Shown piece by piece: positions 11,969 through 23,646 of a DNA stretch of 64,000 nt (the stretch's first letter is position 1; the number at the start of each line of letters is the position of its first letter). Both the position numbers and the translations under genes were made by a program. The DNA comes from Negaprion brevirostris (taxonomy: Eukaryota): NCBI GenBank assembly GCA_030324005.1, contig JARDVH010000099.1, positions 42,271,788-42,335,787 of the forward strand, in the 5' to 3' direction. A model generated the notes under the pieces. That model was not told where the DNA came from and did not search any database. It worked only from the letters and a program-made list of their open reading frames with translations.

Positions 11969-12463
11969 CTTCCTTTAGTTTAGAAAGTAAAGTATATTTT
12001 TGAAATAATAGGGAAGTAAAGATGGAGAAAGGTTATGGTCACATTGGATGGCAGAATATTGTATCCTTAAACCAATACTCCAGCTGAAAATGCTGTTAAA
12101 TGTTCAGGTCAGGCAGCGTCTGAAAAGAGTAAAAAAAAATTAACGTTTCAGGTCAGTGATACTTCACCAGAGCTTCAGGTGAAACCTAACCTTGAACAGC
12201 ATTTTCAGCTTTTATTATAAGTTTGAAGAATTGGTGTCAGCCCGGAATTATAACCGATCATTGCGCCTGCCCTTTTCTCCTTGATTTGTCAACTTGTTGG
12301 CCTATTCATATCAATCACTAAAGTTTGTTGGGTCGTGGAGTATTGGTTTAGGATTAGGCCTTTAAGTCCCATACAGTATTCTGCCATCCAGTTAGATCGT
12401 GATCTTTCTCCATCTCTACTCTATTATTTCAAAAATATACTTCATTTTCTAAAATAAAGAAAG
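11969..12463. repeat. Inverted duplication: arms 11969-12082 and 12336-12463
   Basis: For example aagtatatttttgaaataatag / ctattatttcaaaaatatactt and taaaccaatactcca / tggagtattggttta. Confidence 0.85.
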
Positions 12464-12814
12464 AACATTGTCAACATTTCAAAGTAGCCATCACACACAG
12501 TGCAACAGTATTCAGGTTCTCCACATAATGTTGCACCCAAATGCTTCAATACAGTCAAAGAAACATTAGACATTTCAAAATGGTATACAGGTATTTAACT
12601 TGTTTACGTAGATCAAGTTGCACTCTGAGGTGCCATGTGATACATGGAATGAATGTCTGCAGTGAATATTACAGATTGTACAGCTTAAAGGAGTTCTATA
12701 TAATTCCCCTTCCGTCAGATTATGGCTGAAATTCTGAAGCTCTCCCCCACCAATTGCATCTCTATGGTGGTTGTGACCACCCTTTATCTCCCAAATTGCA
12801 TCTCTGTGGTGCTG

Positions 12815-14130
12815 TGCCAAGCTTTATTGCATCCCTCAGCATGTAGTCCTTTGCTTTGGAATGTGCCAGCCTGTAACACTTGGTCTGGGACAACTCCTTG
12901 TACTGGAAGATCAACAAGTTTTGAGCGGACCAAAGAGTGTCTTTCACTGAGTTGATGATCCTCCAACAAGAGCTGATGTTTGTCTCACTGTGTGTCCTGT
13001 GGAGCACAGGGTCTTGCATCATGAAGCTACTCGGGCTGAACCTCAACAAAAACAATCTCATCTCTCTCCAGACACACTTTGCAAAGGCATATTCCACAAG
13101 GAGATCGACAATGATCTCTTCCCTACCACAGTTAACTGAAGGGCAATGTACAGATAGGGTAAGACCCTGGATGTGTAGGAAGGATCTGACCAGGAGGCCC
13201 TTCTCACTACCAGCCATGCTAGGTCTTGGTGCTTGCTTGAAAGTTCTGGTGGTGAGGCATTCTGCCAAATGATCTTGACAGTCTGCTCAGGGAATCATCT
13301 GGAGATGCCAGTGTTGGACTGGAGAGAATTCTCCACTCACCTGACGAAGGAACAGCATTCCAAAAGCTGCTGGCATTTACTATCAAATAAACCTGTTAGA
13401 CTTTAACCTGGTGTTGTGAGACTTCTTACAGGGAAATCATCTGACAGGATTCACCATCTCCTCTTCCCGTAGTACTCCTAGAACATTGTGTGCAGACCAC
13501 TGCCTGATGGACTGTGACCAAAGGTGTTCCTCTGCTTAAATATTTCACAAAGGACTAGTGGTATGGCACAGTCCAGCTGCTTGGAGGGTTCCATGGCAGT
13601 CTGGCCAGACCCATCCTTTGCAATCCTGGGGACAGATATTACTGTGTGTTGAGGTTCTATGTTGTTGCATATTGAGGATCTACGCACACTTTGATCTAGA
13701 CATACAGAAAGGTGGCCATCAGGATTAGGGCAATGTTGGGCACGTTTTCTCGCCCCTTATCTAAAATTTCCCACACTTTGTCCTTTGAATAAGTTTCATT
13801 TTTGACTCCTAGATAAAGTTGAAAATGGCTCATGTAATTGCCGCAGCCCAGATGAGGAAAAGGCCACACTCATGCCACATACAGCAACACTGAAAGTGAC
13901 TCATACCCAATGATCAGGTTCTTACCTGCAGTGGAGAGGGAGCGTTGATCCTACATACCCAGTTTTTGACTCATTATACCTGCTTCTTTCTTCCATTTTC
14001 TAATGCTTGCCTTGGTCCCTCTGGGCCATATCCCCAGCACCTTCAGGCAATCTGACCTGATGGTGAAGGGGACAGGGGGTTGGTCAGCCCATTTCCCAAA
14101 GAACACGGCCTCACTCTTGCCATGATTCTC
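12815..14130 (-). mobile_element. Tx1-clade (L1 group) non-LTR retrotransposon, decayed ORF2 3' portion
   Basis: ORF 12762-13268 contains CPSVNCGREE...WRIINSVKDTLWSAQNLLIFQ...LAHSK..DYMLRD and ORF 13951-14175 contains KSEAVFFGKW...LKVLGIW, both Tx1-like. Confidence 0.75.
13301..13428 (+). mobile_element. Penelope-derived mini-element inserted in the Tx1 relic
   Basis: Short inverted piece (ggagatgccagtgttggactgg) plus a terminal repeat; near-perfect TSD cagggaatcatct / cagggaaatcatct. Confidence 0.75.
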
Positions 14131-14629
14131 AACTCTATCACTGTCCCATGTTCCGTTTCCCTTGATATACAGCAATGAAAATGTATGATCTCAGTCTTAA
14201 ATTTGAAAGAAGTACCGGTGCCCCCTGTTCTTTGGGGAGAGAGAATTCCAGATTTTTTTTACCACCTTATGTTGGAAACAAACTGCCTTGTTCTAAATTT
14301 TCACCGGGGAAATTTCTTTTTTAACCTCTTTATCACGTCAAACAATTAAATCAAATAATAGCTTTCTTTATGAGAGGAAATTTAGGTCAAATTCATGCAA
14401 CTGGTTTTAATTTAAACTCTGGGAAATTTGTGCTGTAGCCCCTCCAAGGAGAGAAAGAAACTTGCCTCATCTCTGCATTTTAAATGGGCAATCCCCTATT
14501 TTTAAACAGTGACCCCCAGCTCACTACATCCACCCTGTCAAGACCACTCTGGATCTTGTATGTTTATGGGGAGATGGTGGCATATTGTCTGGATCACCAG
14601 ACTTGTAATAGTGAACCAGAGACCCCCTG

Positions 14630-15000
14630 TCTTGGACTTCATGTCACTTGAATTCTGGATGAGGACAGATTTTCTCCAAATGAACACTGGGAAGTCCCAA
14701 GCTTGTTTGTGGTCTCTGTCATTGATTCCATCCTTCTCCCAGTTAGTTATTTGAGACTGAACAATACAATTTGCAAATCTGCAGTCCTTTTTCGACCTGG
14801 GATGAGGTTCTACCAGCACCTTTGCTACATCAGCGAAGAACACTGACATCTATCTCCGCAACGTTTTCGATCTCCACCCTGCCTCTGCTGCTGAAAACCT
14901 CATCCATACCTGTATTACCTCTAGACCTGACAATTCTAATGCTATCTTGGGCATTTATCTTTCATCTTCCATACATTTTGATTTCATTCTAAGCTCTGCT
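14630..15000 (+). mobile_element. L2-type LINE 3' fragment
   Basis: WMRTDFLQMNTGKSQA resembles the L2 motif WM..NFLQLN..KTE; a homologous reverse copy lies at 36850-37390. Confidence 0.6.
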
Positions 15001-15209
15001 ACTTTATTGAAACTTCCCCTGCTATTTCTGTACTAATTGAGGAGAAGTCTGTGTTCCACTGCATCTCCAATCTAACTAATAATTTCATGTGGGAAGGGCT
15101 ATATTTAGAACTTTATAAAATTTTTTCATCATTGCTAGGTTGGCATACATGTCATCTTTCATGATAGTGCTATTGGTACGCGTTGTTTAGAGACTGTTAA
15201 CATTAAGAG

Positions 15210-15445
15210 GAGGTGGTGGCATATTGGCATTGTCACTGAACTTGTCATCCAGAGACCCAAGGTAATGGTTCATCATAGCCCCGTAGGCAAGGACATCTGC
15301 TGTGTCCACGTGGTCTGACTCTTGACCCACAGCAATGTGAGTCTCTTAACTGCCTTCGGAAATGGCTTAGCAAACCACTGAGTTCAAGGGCAGTGAGAGT
15401 TGGTCATGCCAGCAGTGCTTGTATCCTGTAAATGAATAGAAAATA
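15210..15445 (+). mobile_element. tRNA-derived SINE (possibly Deu-type) with a LINE-derived tail
   Basis: Head ggtggtggcatattggcattgtcactg...ccagagaccca (also at 14573-14625); body gacccacagcaatgtg...cttaactgcc...aaatggcttagcaaaccactgagttcaagggca. Confidence 0.55.
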
Positions 15446-15627
15446 AATCCAAATACCAATAAAATTATGCCAAAAAGTTTCAGTTTTTAAACAAGACAAC
15501 TTATGAAAGAAAACAGATATGTTTATTTTTACACTATGGATTGAAACTATATGTTAAGTACTCAGATTTGTTTTGTACTTTGCCCAAATATTATCTTATA
15601 AGACAGATCATTCTTAAAAGTTACTTC

Positions 15628-16147
15628 TGTAAGGACCATCCATAAGTATGCTGCAGTCCTCTGGAGAATGACTAAAGGTTTCGGTGAATGGTGGCCCTGC
15701 AACATTTCCACTATTTAATCGTAGGTTTTTGTGCCTGGCTTTTCCAGCTGTCCCAGACTTCTCAGGAAGTTAAATGTTCCCTCTCCACTCCTCTCTCTCT
15801 CTCTCTCTCTCTCTCACTCTTTCTCTCTTCTCCCCCCCAACCTCACCTTCGCACAAAACTTATGCTCAGGAAAGTTGGAACAACTATATCTGCTGTTATC
15901 TTTTTGAGTTAGACAGAATAGTCAGATCTCTATAAATAAGCTCCATCGCTCTGTGCTCTCTTTGAACAGTCTCATGGCACCAAAAACATCCACCATTTTG
16001 ATGAATTTTCATCATTTTCTGGCTTCTTTTCTCCCCAAAACAAGGCAAATCCAAGTTCAGCCTGGTTTCCTTTATGCTNNNNNNNNNNAGCTCTAAATTT
16101 GTTGTTGCAAGTTATTTGCTACTCATGTTACTCCTGATACTGTTACA
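15628..16147. mobile_element. Possible solo LTR containing a (CT)n microsatellite at ~15791-15830
   Basis: Termini TGTAAG...GTTACA; no convincing TSD. Confidence 0.35.
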
Positions 16148-17079
16148 TATCTCTTTGGGTAGAGCACATTGCAAGCTTCTTTCCAAAGTTGTTTACTCCA
16201 GAATTTTCAATGAATTGCCCTCGATGTAGGATTAGAACCTGTGCAAAAAGGACAAGAAATTGTGTCTCTCCCTAACCAATACGAATGAAGAATCCTTATT
16301 GATGCATGCAGAGTCTGAACCTGGAAGTGTAAATTTAAATATTGAGATAAATTACAAATTACTTGTAGAAAATGAAGTTAAGAGTCGGAGAGAACATGGC
16401 ATGGAAGAGAGATGAAAGAATGAGAAAGTTTTAAAAAAGTTATATCTACTTTTACTCTCCCACAGTAATTGACAACTGAAGAAATATGATTGTAAAAGTT
16501 AATTAAAAATTCACCTGTAGTTGAATGACAAATCCTAACTTTCTCTGCATTTGATGGCTATCAATCACTTGAGAACACAACTTTTTGATATTGTATATAT
16601 TTTAATGCTGAGTCTTTTGATGAGACGTTGATGTTGTGGAGACGTGAGGCAGCTTGGACAGCAACTTCCTGATTTCCAGGTTTAATTGCACTTGTACAGT
16701 CACTGTACGATGCTGTCTGATTTATTCTTTACTCAGACTAGTGATGAGTGCTGAAGTTATTTTTGCCTGGAAAATCTAGTCCAAGATGTTCTTTCCAGCC
16801 ATCTGCCATCGAAATGCTGGGTGTCTCCATAGAGCAGAAATACTCATCATTATGTTATCTGAAATTCTGATGATATACTAGTCTTTTAAGTACTTTGTTC
16901 CTTCAAAAGTACTGCAAGTAAAATGTCTTAACATGTTTATTCTGTCATACTCTTAAGTTTGTAATTTGAGCTTTAAATACTAGGATGATGACTTTTAAGG
17001 TGAAGTGTGCAGGAACATGGTGGTATCATGTTTTCTGGCTTCAATTTAATGTCTTGCTTTATTAATTCAGCTCTGGAAA

Positions 17080-17275
17080 ATGGACTTCAGTGAGGCATAT
17101 TCTAATACCTGCTCAGTGGCTGGATTTGCTGCAAGAAAAGGAAATGTAGAACTTTTGAAAACCTTGATTCAAAGAGGTCATAGTCTTGACATTGCAGACA
17201 ACCGTGGTTGGTGTCCAATTCATGAAGCTGCAACTCACAAATCTTTGCGATGTTTGAGGCTTTTAATACGTGCAG
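17080..17275 (+). CDS. ASB3: ASB3 coding exon 1 (exon starts at 17071)
   Basis: MDFSEAYSNTCSVAGFAARKGNVELLKTLIQRGHSLDIADNRGWCPIHEAA matches the ASB3 N-terminus (human [23 protein letters not shown]...ADNRGWMPIHEAA). Acceptor ttcag at 17066-17070, donor G|gtacc, phase 1. Confidence 0.95.
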
Positions 17276-17897
17276 GTACCTTAATTTACTATAGTTTTTG
17301 TTGAAAGAAGACCTGTTCCTGTCACCTAAACACTGAGGCTCACTCGTTGCTTNNNNNNNNNNAGTTTGTCATCCTAGTGAAAATTAATAGCTATTGTGAG
17401 GTTTAAAAGGGGGATAAATTCAGACTTGATTCATTCACTTGCAGGCAGCTTAACTACTAGATCCTAAATTAATCTTTCAAACGGTTTGAACTCGACAGGG
17501 AACCATAAGGCAAAGACTCGAAAACATTGAATTAGCAAATAACACAAAGTTTATTGAACACAAGCAAAATAAAACAAAACACTTTTCAATTAATGAAAGA
17601 CTTATGAGTGAAATGCAAGTATACTTGTCAAGCAATCCCCACAGACTTGATACCTACGCTGACAGAAACTTCCTGTGCCCTTAATTGTACCAACAGATAT
17701 TCATCGTTAACTCTGAAGGAACCTATATTATCTATGGTCCATGCTGAGAGGAATTCTGCCTCTGTCCTTGGGTCCAGTGCTACACACTCTCTCTGCACGG
17801 CCAGGAATTTTGCAGATCAAATCAGTTTCCCTTCACTTAGTGTATACTAGCGAGCTTAATATTGTACTTTAAAGTAGTCACCAACTAGCATGAAGTT

Positions 17898-19134
17898 GAT
17901 GAATTTTAATTGGTCAAGGAAAAAGTGCATGTTTTCCTAATTTTACTTTAAACAGCAAGTATTATCCAACCACATTCAGGCTCCTTACAGAAGGCTTTCA
18001 GGATTGCAAAAGGTATCACAGTCTGGACATGATTTATGTACAAAATGACTGAACATAATAGTGTAAGTAGTGCGAGCAGGCCTAGACTTTGAATTTTATT
18101 TTAGTAGAATTTAGTGTAATTATTTAATTTGGCCATGTTGTTCTAACGTGTGAACAGAAAAGAAGCTGTGCTGATGTTACAAACCCTTTTGAAAGAAGCT
18201 AGCTTAATATAGTACTTTGAAGTAGTCACCAACTAGCAACAGATGATTATATCAGAAGGAAGTGTCTCCACTTACCCTGTAATTGATGGACAAGTAATTA
18301 AGAATAAAACAAGTCAGACTTCTGTATTTTTCCATTAACATTTCTAAGGATTAAAATGGTCACAGAAATCTGGGAAAGCGAAAGCTTGAATTCCAAGTTC
18401 ACTAGTGTACACTACCAAGATGGTTCCCATTTTTCTACTTAAAAAGATCTGATACCCCATCTTGGCCAACGTAACTGGAAATAGTGAATTGGTCAGTAGT
18501 GTTGTGAGGGTTAATTTAATTGGTTCTGGCTAATTGTGCACATCACCTTTTAACTTCAGACTTGCAGGGAACCCATTGATAAAACTAAGGCTGATTCAGA
18601 CAAGGTCCAATGTGTTCCTGATGCAACAGAATTGCATGGAGTTCAGGTTTTCTCTTTCCCAGATTTTTTGCGAGTGTTTTAATCCTTAGAAATGTTAATG
18701 GAACAATTCAGAAATCTAACTTGTTTTATTCTTAATTATTTGTCCATCAATTACACAGTAAGTGGAGGCAGTTTCTTCTGATATAATCATCTGTTGCTAG
18801 TTGGTGACTACTTTAAAGTACTATATTAAGCTACTTTCTTTCAAAAAGATTTGTAACATCAGCATGGCTTCTTTTCTGTCCACACATTAGAACAAAATGG
18901 CCAAATTAAACAAGTACACTAAATCCTATTAAAACAAAATCCAAAGTCTAGGCCTGCTTGCACTATTTACACTATTATGTTTAGTCATTTTGTACCTAAA
19001 TCATGTCCAGACTGTGATATCTTTTGCAATCCTGAAAGCATTTTGTAAGAAGCCTGATTATGGTTGGGTAACACTTTCTGTTTAAAATAAAATTAGGAAA
19101 ACAGGCACTTTTTCCTTGACCAAATAAAATTATC
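17898..19134. repeat. Long inverted duplication: ~498-bp arms (17898-18395, 18637-19134) with a 241-bp spacer
   Basis: Colinear reverse-complement match, roughly 85-90% by eye, e.g. gtagtcaccaactagcaacagatgattatatcagaag / cttctgatataatcatctgttgctagttggtgactac. Confidence 0.92.
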
Positions 19135-19249
19135 TGCAAAATTGCACTATAATTGAATATGACTTAGTGGATATACATTCACAGAGGCGCATACGTGTTC
19201 ATTTTTTTTGTGTCGCTGTTTCTCTGCTTCTAACTCTCTCTCCCATTCT

Positions 19250-20380
19250 TCCTCTCTTTGTCTCTGTGCATGAAGGATGGTTCTGTTGATATCCAGGCAC
19301 TGATAGAAACTTGGTACATGTCAAGAAAGTTCTATTTCCCTTTATGGACTTGCCTTTACCAGCATCCCCCAAACTATTACTCTGGCAACTTAGTCCTCAA
19401 CATCAGGGTGACCCTGGCCTCCCTTCCAGCCATAAATTCCTTGTCCTCATATTACCATGTTCCATACCTCATACCTCTCTTTCAATATCCTTGTTGTCTA
19501 TAACGCCTCTCCTAATTCTTCACAGTTTTTCCTGACTATCTACTGACATCTACTTGTCTCCTTCATCTGTAGCGATTTTAAAATAGACTGCACTTTCCTA
19601 GATGTTTCTTTTGTAACTTCTCACTTCTTTCAATCTGCCCTTAGAGCCTTTGGCACCTTTGATCTTCCTCACTGTGCCCAAGATCTTGATCACTGACTAG
19701 ACAATCTTTGATCACTCCCTTATTTCCCTTACTGCCTGTATATTCTCTTCTGTTTCCACCATTCTTGCCATCTGGCACAAGGAAAATAAATTCTTCCCTA
19801 ACTGCATCAAAATGCCCTCTGAAGTTTCCAGTTTCAATGACTAGTCTGCCAGCCATCACAGCAGCTTTGTTGCTATCAGTTTCCTTAATCACTGCCTCAT
19901 CACAGCCTTAACCACTTTTGATTCTTGCAAATTGGTAACTGTTTCTCTACCTCTGTCACTCCTGATTCAGTTCCTCTTCCTACTTCATTCCTCAGGCACA
20001 TCTGGCTTAGTTCTTAGTCACCAGAGCTACCTTGGTCGCACCATACGAGATCCCCATGCACGCACACACACGCATCTACTTGATGAGCCGGAATGGTAAA
20101 GATGACTCTTACCTCACTTTTTCATGAAAAACTGTTTCCTCACCTCAGTTGCCAACTATGGAAATGTTATGGATATCCTCATTTTCACGATTGATATTAT
20201 CTGTGCATTCTCTTTGTTGCTCGCTTCCCATACTCTTGCCTACATTAGTACAGGACACCATCTTTTTCAGTTTCCTGCTTGTCTCTTCCCAGTTCTTTCA
20301 AAGCTTATCTCATCCAGTAATCCTGTCTCCTCACCTTTTAACCCAGTCAACTACCTGTCCTGGCTTGCATGCACATTGAC
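19250..20380 (+). mobile_element. Highly decayed L2-like LINE region
   Basis: Pyrimidine-rich, with DIQALIETW resembling the LINE endonuclease motif D.LALTETW. Confidence 0.35.
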
Positions 20381-20659
20381 ACTGTTAATGTCTTTGTTAT
20401 ATATTTAAGTAGTTGCATAATTGCTTTAAGAGCTGATCACATGATTTGATGGTCATGTCACTGGAGAGTTTCACAGGCTCCTGCTTTTCATTTTAATTTA
20501 TACTCTGTGTAGGCAACATCTCATTCAGTAAACCTTGAATCTATGTATGCAAACCGCATTTTTTCCTTTTGTTTAAAACCTATAATCCCTACCGTAGTTA
20601 AGACATTACAGTTTTCATCTCCCTGACCTGTTATGAGCTTTGTACTTTGACGCATAGTC

Positions 20660-21500
20660 TCAGCAGTGAGTGTCATCTATAGGATGCACTGCAGCAACTC
20701 ACCAAGGCTGCTTCGACAGTACCTTTCAAACGTGATCTCTAGCACCTAGAAGGACGAGGACAATAGATGCATTGGCACACTATAATCTGCAGGTTACCCT
20801 CCAAGTCACTCACCATCCTTACTTGGAACTATATTGCTGTTCCTTCATTGTTGCTGGCTCAAAATACTGAAATGCCTTCTTAACAGCACTGTAGGTGTAC
20901 CTACACCACATGGACTGTAGCAGTTCAAGAAGGTGACTCAATAGCGATTAATGGTGGGCAATAAATGTTGGCCTAGCTAGCAAAGAACAGTACAGCACAG
21001 GAACAGGCCCTTCTGCTCACCAAGCCTGCGCCAATCACGTTGTCCTATCTAGAACAACTGCCTGCATCCCTCTATACTCCCCCACCCCGTACATGTGCAT
21101 ATCCAGATAGGTCTTAAATGTTGCTAACCTAAGTGCCTCAACCAACTCACTTGGCAGTGCATTCCAGGCCCCCCATCACCCTCTGTGTAAAAAAAAACTT
21201 CCCTGCACCCCTCTACTGAACCATTCCTCCCTTACCTTGAACTTGTGATTATCATTGGATAATCATTGGAAAAAACATTCCAACTGTTCACCTTATCAAT
21301 GCCCCTCATAATTTTATAAACTTCTATCAGATTGCCCCTCAGCTTCGCTTTTTCAGAGCGAACAATCACAGTGTATTCAATCTTTCCCCATAGCTAATAC
21401 CCTCCATACCAGACAACATCCTGGTAAACCTTTTCTGTACTCTTTCCAAAACCTCTGCGCCCTTCTGGTAGTGTGGTGATCAGAATTGGGCACAATAGGT
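20660..21500. mobile_element. LINE 3' end (+, 20660-20980) with a CR1 3' fragment (-, 20985-21500) inserted in its tail
   Basis: Homology to 960-1272; CR1 tail aagaacagtacagcacaggaacaggccctt. Confidence 0.75.
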
Positions 21501-21842
21501 GGGGCCTACATTTCATGAACAAATAAATTTAAAAAAATCAAGTTTTCTGTTAGCGCTATTAATTTTTCTCTTCCTGACTCAGGATCCATTTTTATAATGT
21601 CTAGTTGTGAAGCAGCTTGGTATGTTTATTTATATTCAAANNNNNNNNNNAGCAATGAAAGTTCCATCTTCATTTAAAATTACCATATCAATGCAAGATG
21701 TTTTTCAGTTGTCTCTCCTGCTAACTGATGTGCTGTAAACTAACTGTAATTAGAATTATGAAGGAGAACAACTAAAAATAGGAAAGGTTGGCAAGAGTTG
21801 GGCAGGGGTTTGCAGAATGTTGGCAATAACTGGTTGGATCAG

Positions 21843-22006
21843 AATATGCCCTGTTTGTGAATAGAACTCCCACTCACCTGATGAAGGAGCAGTGCTCTGA
21901 AAGCTAGTGTTGTTTGCTACCAAATAAACCTGTTGGACTTTAACCTGGTGTTGTGAGGCTTCCTACTGTGTTTACTCTAGTCCAACGCCGGCATCTCCAC
22001 AGCATG
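21843..22006 (+). mobile_element. Penelope-like terminal repeat
   Basis: Same family as 4195-4320 (reverse complement). Confidence 0.8.
21875..21909 (+). ncRNA. Minimal type I hammerhead ribozyme motif (Penelope-associated)
   Basis: CAC-CUGAUGA-A-GGAGC-AGU-GCUCU-GAAA-GC-UA-GUG: stem I CAC/GUG, stem II GGAGC/GCUCU, palindromic AGCU stem III, followed by AATAAA. Confidence 0.6.
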
Positions 22007-22439
22007 GGTCACAGCTTAAGTTTATTAGTCTATGTCAAGTTGCAAAGCTGTTTTTTTTAACTGTCAACCTGGAATGTTACCCACCCTGCTGTTCCTTTTT
22101 CTGCTTTTTCTTAATTACCTTCTGAGCAATTTGCTTATCTGCCTGCTCACTCATATGACGGTCTAACATGAATGCTTCTTAACTGTTCTAGAGCACAGCA
22201 GCAGAGTTGCAAGAGTGCCTCTAGCTTGTTGAGATGTGAAATTGGTTAGTGGGGTGGGTGGGGGTGGTATGGGATGGGTGGGTGTGCAACAGGAAGCAGA
22301 GGATGTATAAAAATGAAACAATGAAGAAAAATGAGAAATGAAGGAAGTGGGCAAGAGAGAACAAAGTACTAGAGTAAGTTATTTAAATATTTGAAGAGAC
22401 CATCTTTAATGGAAGTTGCTATTTTTTATATTCCTCTAG

Positions 22440-22598
22440 CTCCGTCAACTCCATGCATTGAATTAAAGACTTTCGAAGGAGAAACGGCGCTACATCTCGC
22501 TGCCAAATGTGGCCATTTAAAAATTGTTCAGATTCTGTTAAAGGCTGGGGCAGATCCAAATGCCAAAACTAATGAAAACGTAACACCACTTTTTTTAG
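22440..22598 (+). CDS. ASB3: ASB3 coding exon 2 (ankyrin repeats)
   Basis: (A)[52 protein letters not shown]; ctctag acceptor, G|gtaag donor; 159 nt keeps phase 1. Confidence 0.95.
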
Positions 22599-23369
22599 GT
22601 AAGGTACTAGAAATATAGATTTTAGGCCATAGTTTTCTGTTGTCAGGCACCTAACAGCATCTTTTGTTAATTGGACTAGCTCTTGGGAGAATTCAATATC
22701 AGTTCTTCCACAGAAAGTGTAAATAGAGAAAAGAAAAGTCAGATTAAGAGAGATGAAACTGGCAAAATAAATGTAGAAAAGGTTAAATTTAAAATAATTG
22801 ATTTTTTTTGTAAATCTCCATGATTATTACTTAGAAGACTGAGCTTCCACAGGTGTAGTAGTTAATTTTCAGTGCCAATTTGGTTGTATATGAGTAATTG
22901 ACGCTTGTCAATTCCAGTCCTTTTTAACATCATGATGGGATTTGATTTTCTGTGGAGAGTTTAATGCAAATACACTGAATGTACAGAATAGTTGTATTTC
23001 AACAGTGAGACAAATAGTGAGCTGTTTTTTTCACGCTATTGGCAGACCTTCAACTCAGACTGCAATATTTAGTACTGTCTGTGCATCTGTCCAATTGCCT
23101 GAAGTTACCATACCATTTTGCTTTAAATGGATTTGAATGATTTATATTAGTTCTATATCTGTTATTTGTATTTTTCATTAAATTTTAAAGCAGTTCAATT
23201 TCTTTGAATTTCTTCAGCTCCACTGACCACTTTGGAGATGAGAGCAGCATAAATTTTGATCCTCTAACTGGCTGGAAAGCTGACTCTGAATGTTTGTTTC
23301 TTTAAACAACTAGTCAAGGCTCAGAACACTGCTTTATCTGATCACAGCTGTGGCGAGGGTTGTCTTTAG

Positions 23370-23646
23370 GTTTTTTTATTCATTGATGTTGCAAGCAGGC
23401 TTACATTAACAATGCAACAAAGTTACTATGAAAATCCCTTAGTCACCACACTCTGGTATCTGTTTGGGTACACTGTGGGACAATTTAACATGGTCAATGC
23501 ACCTAACCAGCAACGGACTATGGGAGGAAATCGGAGCACCTGGAGGAAACCCATGGGGAGAACGTGCAGACTTCGCACAAACGGTGACCCAAGCTGGGAA
23601 TTGAACCTGGGTCCCTGGTGCTGTGAGGCAGCACTGTGCCACTGTA
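23370..23646 (-). mobile_element. V-SINE with an alternative (non-CR1) 3' tail
   Basis: HE1-like head and V-domain; tail (plus strand) cttacattaacaatgcaacaaagttactatgaaaatccc is shared with 46685-46945. Confidence 0.75.
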
